DNA from: a virus
Taxonomy: Duplodnaviria > Caudoviricetes
Strand: one strand, 5' to 3'
Length of the DNA: 51,259 nt
Virus record (IMG/VR): IMGVR_UViG_3300025785_000024
Span: 1 to 51,259 of that record
A program made the position numbers and the translations under genes. Each line of letters begins with the position of its first letter. Position 1 is the first letter of the stretch. Below the pieces are notes generated by a model. It worked only from the letters and a program-made list of their open reading frames with translations. It made no database searches and was not told the DNA's origin. Shown here in pieces: positions 25,596 through 36,253 of this stretch.

Positions 25596-27607
25596 TGGAT
25601 ATTAAATCATTCTTTGGTTTAAACGGCAGCTCGTTTACCAACATCAAAAACAGCCTTCTCGACCTTGCAAATGTCCTTGAAAACCAAATTATCCCTAAGC
25701 TTCAACGCGTAGAAAAAAGCGTCAACAACATTGCAAAGAGTGCGGCAAGCATTACTGGTGGAGTTGGATCCGGAAATAAAACTGCCGAAAGTGGCGCCCC
25801 AGCAGCTAAAGGAGCAGGCGGCGGTGACGGGGAAGCAAATACTGGTGACAATAGAGTAGCCGATAATGGCTCTTTTGCTACAAGAGCCGTTGGTGCCGGA
25901 ATGTACGGCATGAATTTATTGCAAAATGCTATGCCCGGTGTTCCAACGGCTGTTCAGCAAGACCTTTTAACTAACCGTGCCGCTTTTTATGGGGTTGCTG
26001 GTTTTGGCGGCTCTTTACAGGGGCGCACTGACCAGATTAACGCGCTTCAACGCCAGCTTGCTTCTCAAGGCACAGCCCTTAATAACATGGATGCTATTAA
26101 TGCAATCATGGCTGCACAAAACAGTGGTTTAGGTGGTGCAAGAAACTTTACAGGCCAGGGAGGTGTTCTTTCTGGAATTACCACGCTCTCTAACCTTATG
26201 CCGGGTCTTGGAGAGCAAGGAGCAGCCAATGTAGCAGCGACCTTTAACGCACCAACAACAGTAAACATGGCTCGTGCCATGGGCATTAATATCCGGCAAG
26301 CCAATGGTGATATTTTAGGTATTAGTCAAGTAATTGACCAACTATGGGCTTACTTTAATAAGCCTGGTATGCCTATGCTTACAGCAGACCAAATTAAAGA
26401 GTCTTATATGCCAGGCAGATATTTTTATGAAAGCCTAAGCTCATTATTAAACGGCGACCCGGTAGCAATGCAATCTGTTTACGTAGGATTTCTTGCTAAA
26501 GCGCAAACTGGAGGAAAGACTCCTATAGGAAACATCTCTAAATCTACTCTTCAAGGATTGGGCGCTTCTACAGCTACTATCAACGCTATAGGAAGAAATG
26601 TTGCTGCGCAAACAAACTTACTAACAAAGACAGCCTCAGCTACAGCCGGGGGATTTGCGGGCTCACAAGAGCTAGGAGCGCTTGCTAATAACGCAGCAGC
26701 TTCTTTAGGGGCTTTAGCTTCTGCGCTTGGTGCTACTAATGGCGCTTACACAGGAGTTTCAGCTTTAGGTGGGGGCACCGGAAGCAAAATTATTAATAGT
26801 GTCTTAGGGTTCTTAGGTTTAAGCGGTAAAGCCGAAGGCGGCCCTGTTGGAGGAGCCGTCCCTTACATTGTTGGTGAAAAAGGACCTGAGCTATTTGTAC
26901 CTAAAACTAATGGAACTATTATTCCTAACCATGTTATTGGTAGAGCAAATGGTGGTTCAGTAACAGCAGGCGGTTTTGCATCTATGTTGCTTGGCGCCCT
27001 TGGCGCCCCAACAACTCCGCAAAACATTGCTAACATAACTATGTGGGAAGGTATGGAAGGTGGAAACTGGAATAATACCGCTCGATACAATCCGCTTAAT
27101 ACCTCATACCAAATGGCTGGCTCTAACAACTACAACACTGGCAAACCAGGATCTGGAGTTCAGGCCTATACGTCTTGGCAACAGGGCTTAGCAGCAACAG
27201 TAGGAACATTAACTGGGGCAGATGCTTCTGGTCGTGGTTATACAAGTATTGTTAAGGCTCTTCGCTCAGGAGGCGCTTCTAAGGATGATTTCTTAAAGCT
27301 TCTTCAAGCATCAAGCTGGGATGCGGGCCACTATTCAAGCGGAATGTCATCTAGCGCAACAGGCTCATCAACAACATCTTCTTTAAATGCGGCAACTTCT
27401 AAAGCAATGGCTGCTTCACAAGCGGCTCTATCTAAATCGTATCAAATGCTTGGAGCATTAGATGCAACCCCAATAGCACCGACATCTAATAATATAAACT
27501 ATAACTATGGAGGTATAACAATTACTATCTCTGGAGCTGGAAAAGACGCTAAGCAATTAGCTCAAGACCTTAAAAGTGAAATTGCTAAGAAGACAGCGAG
27601 TAAATAA
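25595..27607 (+). CDS. Tape measure protein with putative C-terminal lysozyme-like domain
   Basis: Ala/Gly-rich; AEGGPV..YIVGEKGPELFVP motif; WEGMEGG..YNPLNT..VQAYTSW muralytic-like segment. Confidence 0.8.
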   Translation: MDIKSFFGLNGSSFTNIKNSLLDLANVLENQIIPKLQRVEKSVNNIAKSAASITGGVGSGNKTAESGAPAAKGAGGGDGEANTGDNRVADNGSFATRAVGAGMYGMNLLQNAMPGVPTAVQQDLLTNRAAFYGVAGFGGSLQGRTDQINALQRQLASQGTALNNMDAINAIMAAQNSGLGGARNFTGQGGVLSGITTLSNLMPGLGEQGAANVAATFNAPTTVNMARAMGINIRQANGDILGISQVIDQLWAYFNKPGMPMLTADQIKESYMPGRYFYESLSSLLNGDPVAMQSVYVGFLAKAQTGGKTPIGNISKSTLQGLGASTATINAIGRNVAAQTNLLTKTASATAGGFAGSQELGALANNAAASLGALASALGATNGAYTGVSALGGGTGSKIINSVLGFLGLSGKAEGGPVGGAVPYIVGEKGPELFVPKTNGTIIPNHVIGRANGGSVTAGGFASMLLGALGAPTTPQNIANITMWEGMEGGNWNNTARYNPLNTSYQMAGSNNYNTGKPGSGVQAYTSWQQGLAATVGTLTGADASGRGYTSIVKALRSGGASKDDFLKLLQASSWDAGHYSSGMSSSATGSSTTSSLNAATSKAMAASQAALSKSYQMLGALDATPIAPTSNNINYNYGGITITISGAGKDAKQLAQDLKSEIAKKTASK

Positions 27608-28743
27608 TGCCACCAACTAAATCATCTTTAACTACCAAAAAAGGTGCAATATCTCCTATACAAACTACGTTTAACACCACTGGTGGTAACCCTTTTGGTC
27701 ATTTTTTTAGAACTCTTGTTTCAGATGTAGTTAACTTTGTTACAGCAACCCCTAAAAATATAAACGGAACAAAAGCTGTAGCTGTTGTAAGAGGTACTGG
27801 ACAGGGCATTGTAAACGGAACTCAAACACAAAAAACCCCTGTTAATGTTAAAAAACATACAACAAATACGGACCCTAATAGTAAAAACACGGTAGTTCCG
27901 GCTAATAACACACCCACTAACATTAAATTTAATTTAGCTCCGCACAACTGGAGCCTACCAATCAACCAAAATTTAATGAATGTAAGTTCAACATATCAAG
28001 ATCAGAGTATGCGTAGAGCTAGAATGTGGTGCTATGTTGGAGCTGACTCTTCTAGTTATACAGATTTAACAGGAATAGGTTCTTCTAGTCAAACCGGAGT
28101 AGTCACTGGAGGAACTGGAGTTGCTTCTACTTTAGACACACAATGGGGCTTTCAATTTTTATGGAACCCAACTCAAATCTCAACCTCTGTGCAACGAAAT
28201 GCTAATTTAGTTCCACAAGCTATGGACGCGTTTATTGGTAGAGGAGTTCCTCTTTTTCCTGGAACAGAAGCTATATCTTTTGTGGCTGTTATTAATAGGG
28301 TAAATGATTTTGCGTGTTTTAAAGCATTTAAGTTAAATACTGGGCCGCTACCTGGAAATCTTGATGATAGTACTTTGGACACCGCTGTTTATAATTATTA
28401 TTCAAGGTCCGCTGGCGCTGTACAGTCGTTAAACCAACTTATAAATGAGTTAATGAACAGGGGTACCATGGCGGACATAGAATACATTTTTAAAATGGTT
28501 AATGGGGATGGGATTTTAGCAGCTGGTTGGAGAAATGCACTTGGAAGAAAAACAGCTGATATTAATTTCTTAGCACCAACACCGGTTGCAGTACAATTTG
28601 GTCCAAATGCTGACAGCCTTTCTTACGTAGGATGGATAGAAAGCATTTCGGTATCTCATCAAATGTTTACTGAAGACATGATTCCAATTCACTCTGAAGT
28701 AACTATTAATATGTCTGCCTACTCTCAGAGCTCGCTTAAGTAA
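27607..28743 (+). CDS. Probable baseplate tube-initiator protein
   Basis: FQFLWNPTQI and GWIESISVSHQMFTEDMIP motifs; follows the tape measure. Confidence 0.6.
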   Translation: MPPTKSSLTTKKGAISPIQTTFNTTGGNPFGHFFRTLVSDVVNFVTATPKNINGTKAVAVVRGTGQGIVNGTQTQKTPVNVKKHTTNTDPNSKNTVVPANNTPTNIKFNLAPHNWSLPINQNLMNVSSTYQDQSMRRARMWCYVGADSSSYTDLTGIGSSSQTGVVTGGTGVASTLDTQWGFQFLWNPTQISTSVQRNANLVPQAMDAFIGRGVPLFPGTEAISFVAVINRVNDFACFKAFKLNTGPLPGNLDDSTLDTAVYNYYSRSAGAVQSLNQLINELMNRGTMADIEYIFKMVNGDGILAAGWRNALGRKTADINFLAPTPVAVQFGPNADSLSYVGWIESISVSHQMFTEDMIPIHSEVTINMSAYSQSSLK

Positions 28744-28755
28744 GGAGCAACTACT

Positions 28756-29034
28756 ATGACAATTTATACTGGATCTAGATATGAGTACTCTACCGTTGAC
28801 TTTGTATCTAAAACCACTAATGGACCGGATAACCCTATTGTTTTTTACTCTACCCACAATATTAACCCGCTAAATTATTATGAACATTCATATGTTGCTG
28901 GTGAAAGACTGGACCAAATCTCAACTAAATACTACAAGACTCCGTTTCTATGGTGGTTAATAGCCGAGGTTAACCCTAAAGTAGACTTTACAAACATACC
29001 CGCAGGCACAGTACTTAGGATAGCTAATGTTTAA
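28756..29034 (+). CDS. LysM-like baseplate protein (gpX/gp53-like)
   Basis: GERLDQIS..YY..LWWLIAEVNP..IPAGTVLRI. Confidence 0.8.
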   Translation: MTIYTGSRYEYSTVDFVSKTTNGPDNPIVFYSTHNINPLNYYEHSYVAGERLDQISTKYYKTPFLWWLIAEVNPKVDFTNIPAGTVLRIANV

Positions 29035-30370
29035 TTACATTACTGTTTCTTTTCCTAATACCACTTTGCCCCCGGCACGCGTTTATGACTTAAGCTTAAA
29101 GCAAAATAGGTACCAACACGAAGTTGCAACCATCCAATTTCGTGACTGGGGCGTTGACTACGACAACGTAAGCTCCGGATCGCCAATATCCTTTACCATT
29201 AATAATGGATTAGAGTCCAAAGTTTTTATTGGCTACATAGATCACGTAACTACACAAAATGAACCTGGGTCCAACATAACTGAGGTAGTAGCTATAAGCG
29301 CCTCATACGTGTTTAAGAACGAGTCTCAAAAAGTGTATAAAGGGTTGTCAGCGGATGCAATTATTCAACAGATTGCAGCTAAGCACAGCTTCTCTTGTTA
29401 CGCCATTCCGCACCCAAGAGTGTACCCACAAGTGTCTCAAGCTGGTCACACTGACTGGGAGTTTTGCGTTAGATTGGCAAAGCAGAGCGGTTACTCTCTA
29501 AGAACAGAGGGTACAGAGATCTACTTCCAACCTATGATGTACGACTACACGCAGCGCAGGTCACAGGCAAAGAAGTTCACAATGCGAAGCCAAGCTAACC
29601 CAAGCGGGTCTAACTTGTACTCTTTTTACCCAGTAATTGGCGAGAGTATTGACCACGATGGAGACAAAAAAGCTGCCATCTCTGTATCAGGCGTTGATCT
29701 AAACACGTCTTTACCTGTAGCCATAGTAAATCAGAAAAGAAATAAGAACACTAGGCTCAATAGCAAAGCAGAGTTCTTTGATAAATTCCATACTCATGTG
29801 GTTGCGCTTGACTCTCAAGTAGCTAATCATGAGGCTAAAGCTGCGGATGATAGAGCCGTATTTCCTTATAGAGCTGTGGCTGAGGTAATAGGTGACCCTT
29901 CTTTGCGACCAGATTTACCTGTGTACCTTGACGGACTCGGCAATAACTACTCAGGGTATTGGGTTATCTTAGGAACAGAGCACCTGATTGTAGAAGAATC
30001 TAGAAATGTGTTTAAATACACAACAATGCTTCATCTAGGCACAGACTCTCTTGGACCTGCGGTTAAATGGACAGATGGTGATTTGATTAGTTCCCCTGAT
30101 TACGCTCCCTCTAGAACAATTATTCCTGGGGTTCGCCAGACAAATAAACCACCTACTTCAGCTTTAAGAAGAACATCTATTGCGTACTCTCCGGCCGCTA
30201 ATGGCCAGTTTAGTGCGGCAAAAAATAAACCACTTCCTTTGGTAAACAAACAGCCTATTAAAGGCCCAAAGTGGACGGCCTCTAAGCCGGCAGTGCAATC
30301 AGTTACTCAACCAAATACAAGCTCTGCTTCTTACACTAAACGTTTACTTACAAAGGTGCCTAAGCCATGA
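29027..30370 (+). CDS. Baseplate hub protein (gpD/gp27-like)
   Basis: FIGYI, QAGHTDWEFCVRLAKQSGY and GDPSLRP..YSGYW..H motifs. Confidence 0.8.
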   Translation: MFNYITVSFPNTTLPPARVYDLSLKQNRYQHEVATIQFRDWGVDYDNVSSGSPISFTINNGLESKVFIGYIDHVTTQNEPGSNITEVVAISASYVFKNESQKVYKGLSADAIIQQIAAKHSFSCYAIPHPRVYPQVSQAGHTDWEFCVRLAKQSGYSLRTEGTEIYFQPMMYDYTQRRSQAKKFTMRSQANPSGSNLYSFYPVIGESIDHDGDKKAAISVSGVDLNTSLPVAIVNQKRNKNTRLNSKAEFFDKFHTHVVALDSQVANHEAKAADDRAVFPYRAVAEVIGDPSLRPDLPVYLDGLGNNYSGYWVILGTEHLIVEESRNVFKYTTMLHLGTDSLGPAVKWTDGDLISSPDYAPSRTIIPGVRQTNKPPTSALRRTSIAYSPAANGQFSAAKNKPLPLVNKQPIKGPKWTASKPAVQSVTQPNTSSASYTKRLLTKVPKP

Positions 30371-30858
30371 CAGATGAAGACAAGCGTTTTTATGGAATAT
30401 ATCAAGGGCTTTGTACCAATAACGAAGACCCGGATAAGCTTTATAAAATTAAACTACAGGTGCCTCAAATACTTGGTGCAGAAGAGACTGATTGGGCCCT
30501 TCCATGCCTACCAGTCACATCTGATGCCGAACACCTTGATCATAAAACGCATACGGCCGCTCAAGTAGCAGCCTTATTGACAACATCCTCTACCTCTGTA
30601 AGTGGCTCGGATCCACAGGGGGGATCTGTATCTATAACTATCCCCGCTTTAACCGTTGTGGCTAAGAGTGGCGCTGGTACATTAGCTCACCCACATGTGA
30701 CAAGCACAGACCCGCTAGACACAGATGGATCAGAAATTGGGCTAACCGCCGCTGAGCATACATATCACCGTAAGGTTCCAAATGTCGGTCAAAAAGTTTG
30801 GGTCATGTTTATAGCCGGAGACCCTAACTTTCCAGTATGGATGGGAGTACAACTATGA
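30367..30858 (+). CDS. Baseplate spike OB-fold protein (gpV/gp5 N-terminal-like)
   Basis: FYGIYQG..NEDP..IKLQVP..WALPC and PNVGQKVWVMF..GDPNFPVWMG, with a His-containing insert. Confidence 0.85.
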   Translation: MTDEDKRFYGIYQGLCTNNEDPDKLYKIKLQVPQILGAEETDWALPCLPVTSDAEHLDHKTHTAAQVAALLTTSSTSVSGSDPQGGSVSITIPALTVVAKSGAGTLAHPHVTSTDPLDTDGSEIGLTAAEHTYHRKVPNVGQKVWVMFIAGDPNFPVWMGVQL

Positions 30859-31262
30859 GTAAAGCTATGGCTTTGCCGTTTTCGTTTGATAGCAATGGGG
30901 CGGTCAATAACACCCAAGACCCTAAAAAAATACTGCAAGACCGAATTGTGTTAATAGTAATGACCTATTTAGGTGAGCGTGTTAACCGACCTAACTTTGG
31001 CTCTAACATAAAAGCAATCTCTTTTGAGAACATGACAGAGGCAACTCAACTTATAAAACAAGAGGTAGCTGTGGTCTTTAATAAGTGGTTACCATACTTG
31101 AACTTTATTAACGCCACACCAAAGGTAGATCCCGTAGATAACATCTTGTCTATATCCATCACATATAACTACGGGATGAACGCAAACCCTGAGACCGTAA
31201 GTCTTAAAACTGCTATTATTAGTCAATCTGGAGATGTAATTACGGAGGTATCAAATGGCTAG
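30855..31262 (+). CDS. Baseplate wedge gp25/gpW-like protein
   Basis: LPFSF..T.LGERV.RPNFGS motif. Confidence 0.88.
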   Translation: MSKAMALPFSFDSNGAVNNTQDPKKILQDRIVLIVMTYLGERVNRPNFGSNIKAISFENMTEATQLIKQEVAVVFNKWLPYLNFINATPKVDPVDNILSISITYNYGMNANPETVSLKTAIISQSGDVITEVSNG

Positions 31263-33024
31263 TAACAATTACGTTCCCTCAGTAGATTACACCTCAAGGG
31301 ACTATGCGGCAATCCTTACGGATATGACCAACCTCATCCCTATATTCTCTCCAACCTGGACTAATCGCGACCCTGCTGATTTTGGTATGACCCTACTAGA
31401 GCTCTTTGCTTATATGGGAGATATCCTCAATTACTACATTGACAGAACGGCTAATGAGGCCCTCATTACCAGCGCAACCCAGCGTCAAACAGTTCTACAG
31501 ATTGCCAACCTTATTGGGTACACCCCTACAAATAGCACGGCTTCTACCGTAACCCTTACCTTCCAAAACTCAACAGCCTCTCCTATTACCCTACCTGCCC
31601 TTACACAAGTTGCAACCTCGTTAGTATCTAATGGAACTACCACCCAAGTAGTCTTTGAAACTAACTCAGCCCTAACCGTACCCGCAAAATCAGGTGCGAC
31701 TAACGGCTCAGCTACTGTTGTGGCTACTCAAGGTCAAACAGTATCTAACGAGATTATCGGCATATCTGATGGAACACCTAGCCAAACATACGCGCTGGCT
31801 AACACTAGCGTTATTAATGGCACAGTAAATGTCACTATCAACGGCGTCGCCTATCAGTCAGTGCAGTACTTAATTGACTCTAATGGTTATGACCCGGTAT
31901 TTTCAACAAATACTGACGCTGATGGCATTACCTACGTTACCTTTGGAGACAGCGTTAGCGGAAGAGTGCCACCTAACGGAGCACAGATCTACGCCACCTA
32001 TCGAGTTGGCGGAGGTGTTATTGGCAACGTAGCTTCTAATACAATTAAGTACGTTATCAATGTTCCTTCTGGAAGTATACCCGCAGGTCTTACGGTATCT
32101 AACCAAGACATCTCTGTTTCTGGAGATGGAGCCGCTACTGGCGGAGCAGATGCTGAAAGCACAGACTCAATTAGAATCAACGCCCCTAAAAGCATTAGAG
32201 CAATTAACAGAGCGGTTTCTTTAAGTGACTACTCTTATATCGCTGTTCAGGTTTCTGGAGTAGCCAAAGCAATTGCTACAGCTGATGTCTATACATCAGT
32301 TACTTTGTACCTTGCTCCTGCAGGTGATCCAGGGGTTGCAGCAGACAACGTAACGCCAACATCTGTCTTTAACAATCTAACCACAAATGTATTGTCTTCA
32401 TTAATAGACAAAGCCCCTGCTAACACCACTATTACGTTCCAACCACCAAAGTATGTTGGGGCTTACTTAGTAGTAAACATTACAGTGGCGCCTCAATATA
32501 AGCAGTCATCAGTTGTAAGCAACGTAACTTCTGCAATCAATAACCTCTTTTATATTGATAACGTCATCTTTAATGACACTATTGCGGTGTCAGATGTTTA
32601 CCAAACCATCTCATCTGTAGATGGCGTGGCGTATCAGCAGATACAAAAGTTGGTTAGAGCAGACCAAGATCAAACTTTTACTATTACAAATAAAGCCTTA
32701 ACTAGCAACGTGGCCACTCTTACTACATCTGTAACCCATAATTTATCCGTGGGTCAGACTGTATCTGTGACTAGCGTTGACTCTACTTTTAACGGCACAT
32801 TTGTGGTTACTGCAACTACGTCTAATACCTTCTCTTACACATTGGTAGCTAACAACGTCTCTTCAACCTCAGCAACAGGTTCAGTAACCGCGCTTGTAGT
32901 TAAAGACATTGTTTGCGGAACTAATGAGATACCAACGCTGTATGAACTTGGAACTACCGCCAGCCCTTCAGCTACGGGTGTAGGCAGCGTTATTATTAAC
33001 GCCACTGGAGGAATCCTGAACTAA
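31255..33024 (+). CDS. Baseplate J/gp6-like wedge protein
   Basis: DYTSRDY, DFG..LLELFAY, YRVGGG..GNV and GGADAES..IR..RAVS..DY motifs. Confidence 0.9.
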   Translation: MASNNYVPSVDYTSRDYAAILTDMTNLIPIFSPTWTNRDPADFGMTLLELFAYMGDILNYYIDRTANEALITSATQRQTVLQIANLIGYTPTNSTASTVTLTFQNSTASPITLPALTQVATSLVSNGTTTQVVFETNSALTVPAKSGATNGSATVVATQGQTVSNEIIGISDGTPSQTYALANTSVINGTVNVTINGVAYQSVQYLIDSNGYDPVFSTNTDADGITYVTFGDSVSGRVPPNGAQIYATYRVGGGVIGNVASNTIKYVINVPSGSIPAGLTVSNQDISVSGDGAATGGADAESTDSIRINAPKSIRAINRAVSLSDYSYIAVQVSGVAKAIATADVYTSVTLYLAPAGDPGVAADNVTPTSVFNNLTTNVLSSLIDKAPANTTITFQPPKYVGAYLVVNITVAPQYKQSSVVSNVTSAINNLFYIDNVIFNDTIAVSDVYQTISSVDGVAYQQIQKLVRADQDQTFTITNKALTSNVATLTTSVTHNLSVGQTVSVTSVDSTFNGTFVVTATTSNTFSYTLVANNVSSTSATGSVTALVVKDIVCGTNEIPTLYELGTTASPSATGVGSVIINATGGILN

Positions 33025-35564
33025 TGTCACGCTACGGTATTAGTTACTATGGTCTTGACTACTATGGTACAGATAACCCAATTAAGTTTGATGCCACCCC
33101 TTTTACGGCAAAACCTGCTGGTCATGGGCGCATTTTACTTAACTGGACCGACCCAACTGGAAACTGGTCTAAGCTTGCAATTGTAAGAAACAATTACGGC
33201 TATCCAGTAAATCCGTGGGACGGAACTAACGTTCTTACTGTGTATAACGGCAATGACCCGGTGTTTTACATTGACTCTTCTGGCTTAGTTGAAGGTAATT
33301 ATTACTACTACACCATCTTTGTTTATAGCCTTATTCAATACTCATGGGTTAATGCGGGTAATGCTTTTGCGCTATCTGTTAAAGACTATGGCAACACAGA
33401 TAAGATGTATGACTACCTACCATCTATCTACAAGATTACACAACCTTATCAAGCAACAACAGACACTTGGGATAACCCAGATCTGTATTCTTTCTTAAGT
33501 AACTTTGGTTTTGAGCTAGACTACACACAAAATATGACGTCTTTACTAACCAGCCGCTATAACCCATCAACAGTTAATGGTACCCTTGTGCCCTCACTAA
33601 TGAATCAGTTTGGCCTTACCTACGAACCGGCTTTAGGACTTCAACAAAACCGTAAGCTACTTCGTGATGGAGTGACTCTTACTAAACAAAAGGGCTCCAA
33701 AGAAGGTCTAGTAGGATTTATTAAAGACTTTACTGGGTGGGGAGTTCCTGTACCTATCTCTGGCACACCTAACCCAAGCACTAATGGAATTGTGGTTGGC
33801 CACAATATGATGCTTGACTACAACGACTCTTCATTTGTAGAAAGTGTTGGTCACTGGCAATCACTAGATGGCAGCGCTGATCTAGATAGACTTGCTATTT
33901 ATAACATCCAAACTATCTCTGTTAGCTCTGGAACAGCTACCTTAGTTATTGGCGCTAATAACTACGACGTAGGAAACTCAGTTGTAATTCAAGGCTTACC
34001 ATACCCACTATTTAACTCTACAACCCCAGTGGTATTGACCGCAGTAGATCAATCTAACAGCATTAGCTTCTCTACAAGCTCTCCTGACTTTACAACCGTA
34101 ACGGGCTATAACGCATCAACTCAAGCCTATGGAACAGTTGCTCCGTACCCAGCTCCTTGGGTTGAACCGACTGCACCAACTCTATTTCCAAATAAAGCTA
34201 ATGCAATATTGGCACTCTATAACACGTCCTCTAGTACACAAACTGTTACCTCTTACTGTGGTGATGATGACCCTATTAATAAGGGTATCCCTGTTACAGC
34301 AGCCACTAGTTATACGTTTAGTATTTATGCCGCAAAAGGCGCAGGAGCAACTGCTAGAAATGTAACCGCAGCAATCAAATGGTTTAATCGTTTTGGTGTT
34401 TATATCAGCACATCAACTGGATCAGCTGTATCAGATAACACAGCACAGTTCTCCGGTTCTGTTCGTCCTTATGTATCAGCAAGTGCGCCTACTGGGGCGT
34501 ACTACGCATGCCCAGGGGTATCTATTGCCTCAGTAGGCGGCACTGCAACTAATGAGCACCATTACTTTGATGCAGCCCAGTTTGAAGCAGCCTCTAGCGC
34601 AACTAGCTTTGATGAGGCTCGTCAACTCCACTTAACCCTCAGAGCTAATCGCATTAATGAGTTAATCAACCCTCATTTTGCCTCACCAATAACTCCTTGG
34701 AATGTAACTGGCGCTTCTACTACAGCAGTTTCACAGTTTGCTGAGCCAGGTGTAGAAACGTTCTCCGTTACTACTGCCAGCATCGTATCTAATGTAGCAA
34801 CAGTGACTTTAAATAACCCACACAGTTATCAAGTAGGTCAGGTGGTAGTTATCTCTGGAGTAACTGGCACTGGTGCTAGTAACTATAACGGCTCTAGAAC
34901 AATTACCGGAGTAGGCCTTAATACGTTTACTTACTCGGTAACTGCATCTAACTCTACAGTAACAAGCGGAACAGTTTATAGAGTAGGTAATGGACTACAA
35001 CTAACTGCCACTGCAACTGGCACAGCCGTGCTTTCATCTTGGGATGGATCTACAACATCTCAGTTGATGGGTATCTATTACCCAAACACCTCTTATACAT
35101 TCAGCATCTATGTGCAACCTGCAACAACTTCTGAGACGTTTACGCCAAAGATCTCGTGGTACGACAGCACTAACACTTTAATAAGTACCTCTTCAGGCAC
35201 CTCATTTAATTTAAACGCTGGCGTCTGGACTCGACCATATGTAACAGCAACTGCGCCAGCTACAACTGCATACGCAACAGTTGAGATAGATTGGACTACG
35301 GCTGCAACAGGAGACGTAGTTATAGTTGACGCAGCTTTATTTGAGAACACTGGACAAGTACTAGAGTACTTTGACGGCTCCAACGGTTCAGGAACTGTAT
35401 ATGACCTATTCTGGGAGGGCGGACAGGGTAACGCAAATGCTGCCCGTAGTCACTACTACAAGAACAGATTTGCTGTGCAAACCCGTTTATTTGGTGCTGT
35501 CTTAAACGCGCAGCTTCCTATGGGAAGCACTGCCGCAGTTTATATTGCTCAACCGCAAACCTGA
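33024..35564 (+). CDS. Baseplate wedge/tail protein I-like, with Fn3 and carbohydrate-binding-like domains
   Basis: YLPSIY..L..FGFELD and KQKGS..G..FIKDFTGW motifs; two YTFSIY..W..ATAP..A CBM-like repeats. Confidence 0.7.
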   Translation: MSRYGISYYGLDYYGTDNPIKFDATPFTAKPAGHGRILLNWTDPTGNWSKLAIVRNNYGYPVNPWDGTNVLTVYNGNDPVFYIDSSGLVEGNYYYYTIFVYSLIQYSWVNAGNAFALSVKDYGNTDKMYDYLPSIYKITQPYQATTDTWDNPDLYSFLSNFGFELDYTQNMTSLLTSRYNPSTVNGTLVPSLMNQFGLTYEPALGLQQNRKLLRDGVTLTKQKGSKEGLVGFIKDFTGWGVPVPISGTPNPSTNGIVVGHNMMLDYNDSSFVESVGHWQSLDGSADLDRLAIYNIQTISVSSGTATLVIGANNYDVGNSVVIQGLPYPLFNSTTPVVLTAVDQSNSISFSTSSPDFTTVTGYNASTQAYGTVAPYPAPWVEPTAPTLFPNKANAILALYNTSSSTQTVTSYCGDDDPINKGIPVTAATSYTFSIYAAKGAGATARNVTAAIKWFNRFGVYISTSTGSAVSDNTAQFSGSVRPYVSASAPTGAYYACPGVSIASVGGTATNEHHYFDAAQFEAASSATSFDEARQLHLTLRANRINELINPHFASPITPWNVTGASTTAVSQFAEPGVETFSVTTASIVSNVATVTLNNPHSYQVGQVVVISGVTGTGASNYNGSRTITGVGLNTFTYSVTASNSTVTSGTVYRVGNGLQLTATATGTAVLSSWDGSTTSQLMGIYYPNTSYTFSIYVQPATTSETFTPKISWYDSTNTLISTSSGTSFNLNAGVWTRPYVTATAPATTAYATVEIDWTTAATGDVVIVDAALFENTGQVLEYFDGSNGSGTVYDLFWEGGQGNANAARSHYYKNRFAVQTRLFGAVLNAQLPMGSTAAVYIAQPQT

Positions 35565-35599
35565 TGTGCTAGCGTAGGCCCCCTAAGTCAGGGGGTTCT

Positions 35600-36253
35600 A
35601 TGGACAAATACTACGTAATAGTTGCCGGTGATGGACAGACCAGCCGCGCAAATGTAGAAGCACTAATTGAAGACTATGTATACGGGCACGGACAAGAAGT
35701 TACCTTTGTATTCCCGTATGAGAAGCGCCCAAGTCAAGGACAGATCTTTGCTGCGCAACTTGCTAAAGACAAGAGCAAAGACATACTGCTCTTTTGCAGA
35801 GAAGACGCTAACTACGAGGGCATACCCTCTTCATCGGTAAGCCACTCCGACACTCCGTTTGATACTGCGTGCACTAAATTAAAGGGCACCAACGTCATAG
35901 CCTTTATATTGGTAGACGATGAGGATCAAGGCACCAATAACCTCTTAAGCATTTTTGACAAGCATAAGGTGCCCTCTTTTGATCTGACCGAGGGCTTGAT
36001 GCCAATTAAGTTCAACCCAGGCGCGTCTGAGGTTATATTGAACCCGTCTATTCCTGAGCTGGAAGAGTTCTTTAAGCCAGAGGAGGACGTCGAAGAGGAC
36101 CTTGAGGACTTTGACGACGAAGACCTAGAGGATGAGGAGCTGGCTGAGGACTTTTATCTAGGTGTCCAAGCTTTAGCTAAAATGATCGCCAGAGAGGTGG
36201 CAGCCGAACTCCTGAAGGCCACAGAAACGCCCAAGAAGGGGTCTAGGAAGTGA
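35600..36253 (+). CDS. Hypothetical protein with a highly acidic segment
   Basis: Alpha/beta N-terminus (VIVAG); EEDVEEDLEDFDDEDLEDEE tract; first gene of the replication block. Confidence 0.6.
   Translation: MDKYYVIVAGDGQTSRANVEALIEDYVYGHGQEVTFVFPYEKRPSQGQIFAAQLAKDKSKDILLFCREDANYEGIPSSSVSHSDTPFDTACTKLKGTNVIAFILVDDEDQGTNNLLSIFDKHKVPSFDLTEGLMPIKFNPGASEVILNPSIPELEEFFKPEEDVEEDLEDFDDEDLEDEELAEDFYLGVQALAKMIAREVAAELLKATETPKKGSRK

Noticed and set aside
22415-35564. Sheath/tube/baseplate set as a bacterial contractile injection system (eCIS or tailocin)
   Set aside because: Capsid, scaffold and a full replication module are contiguous, so this is a phage tail.
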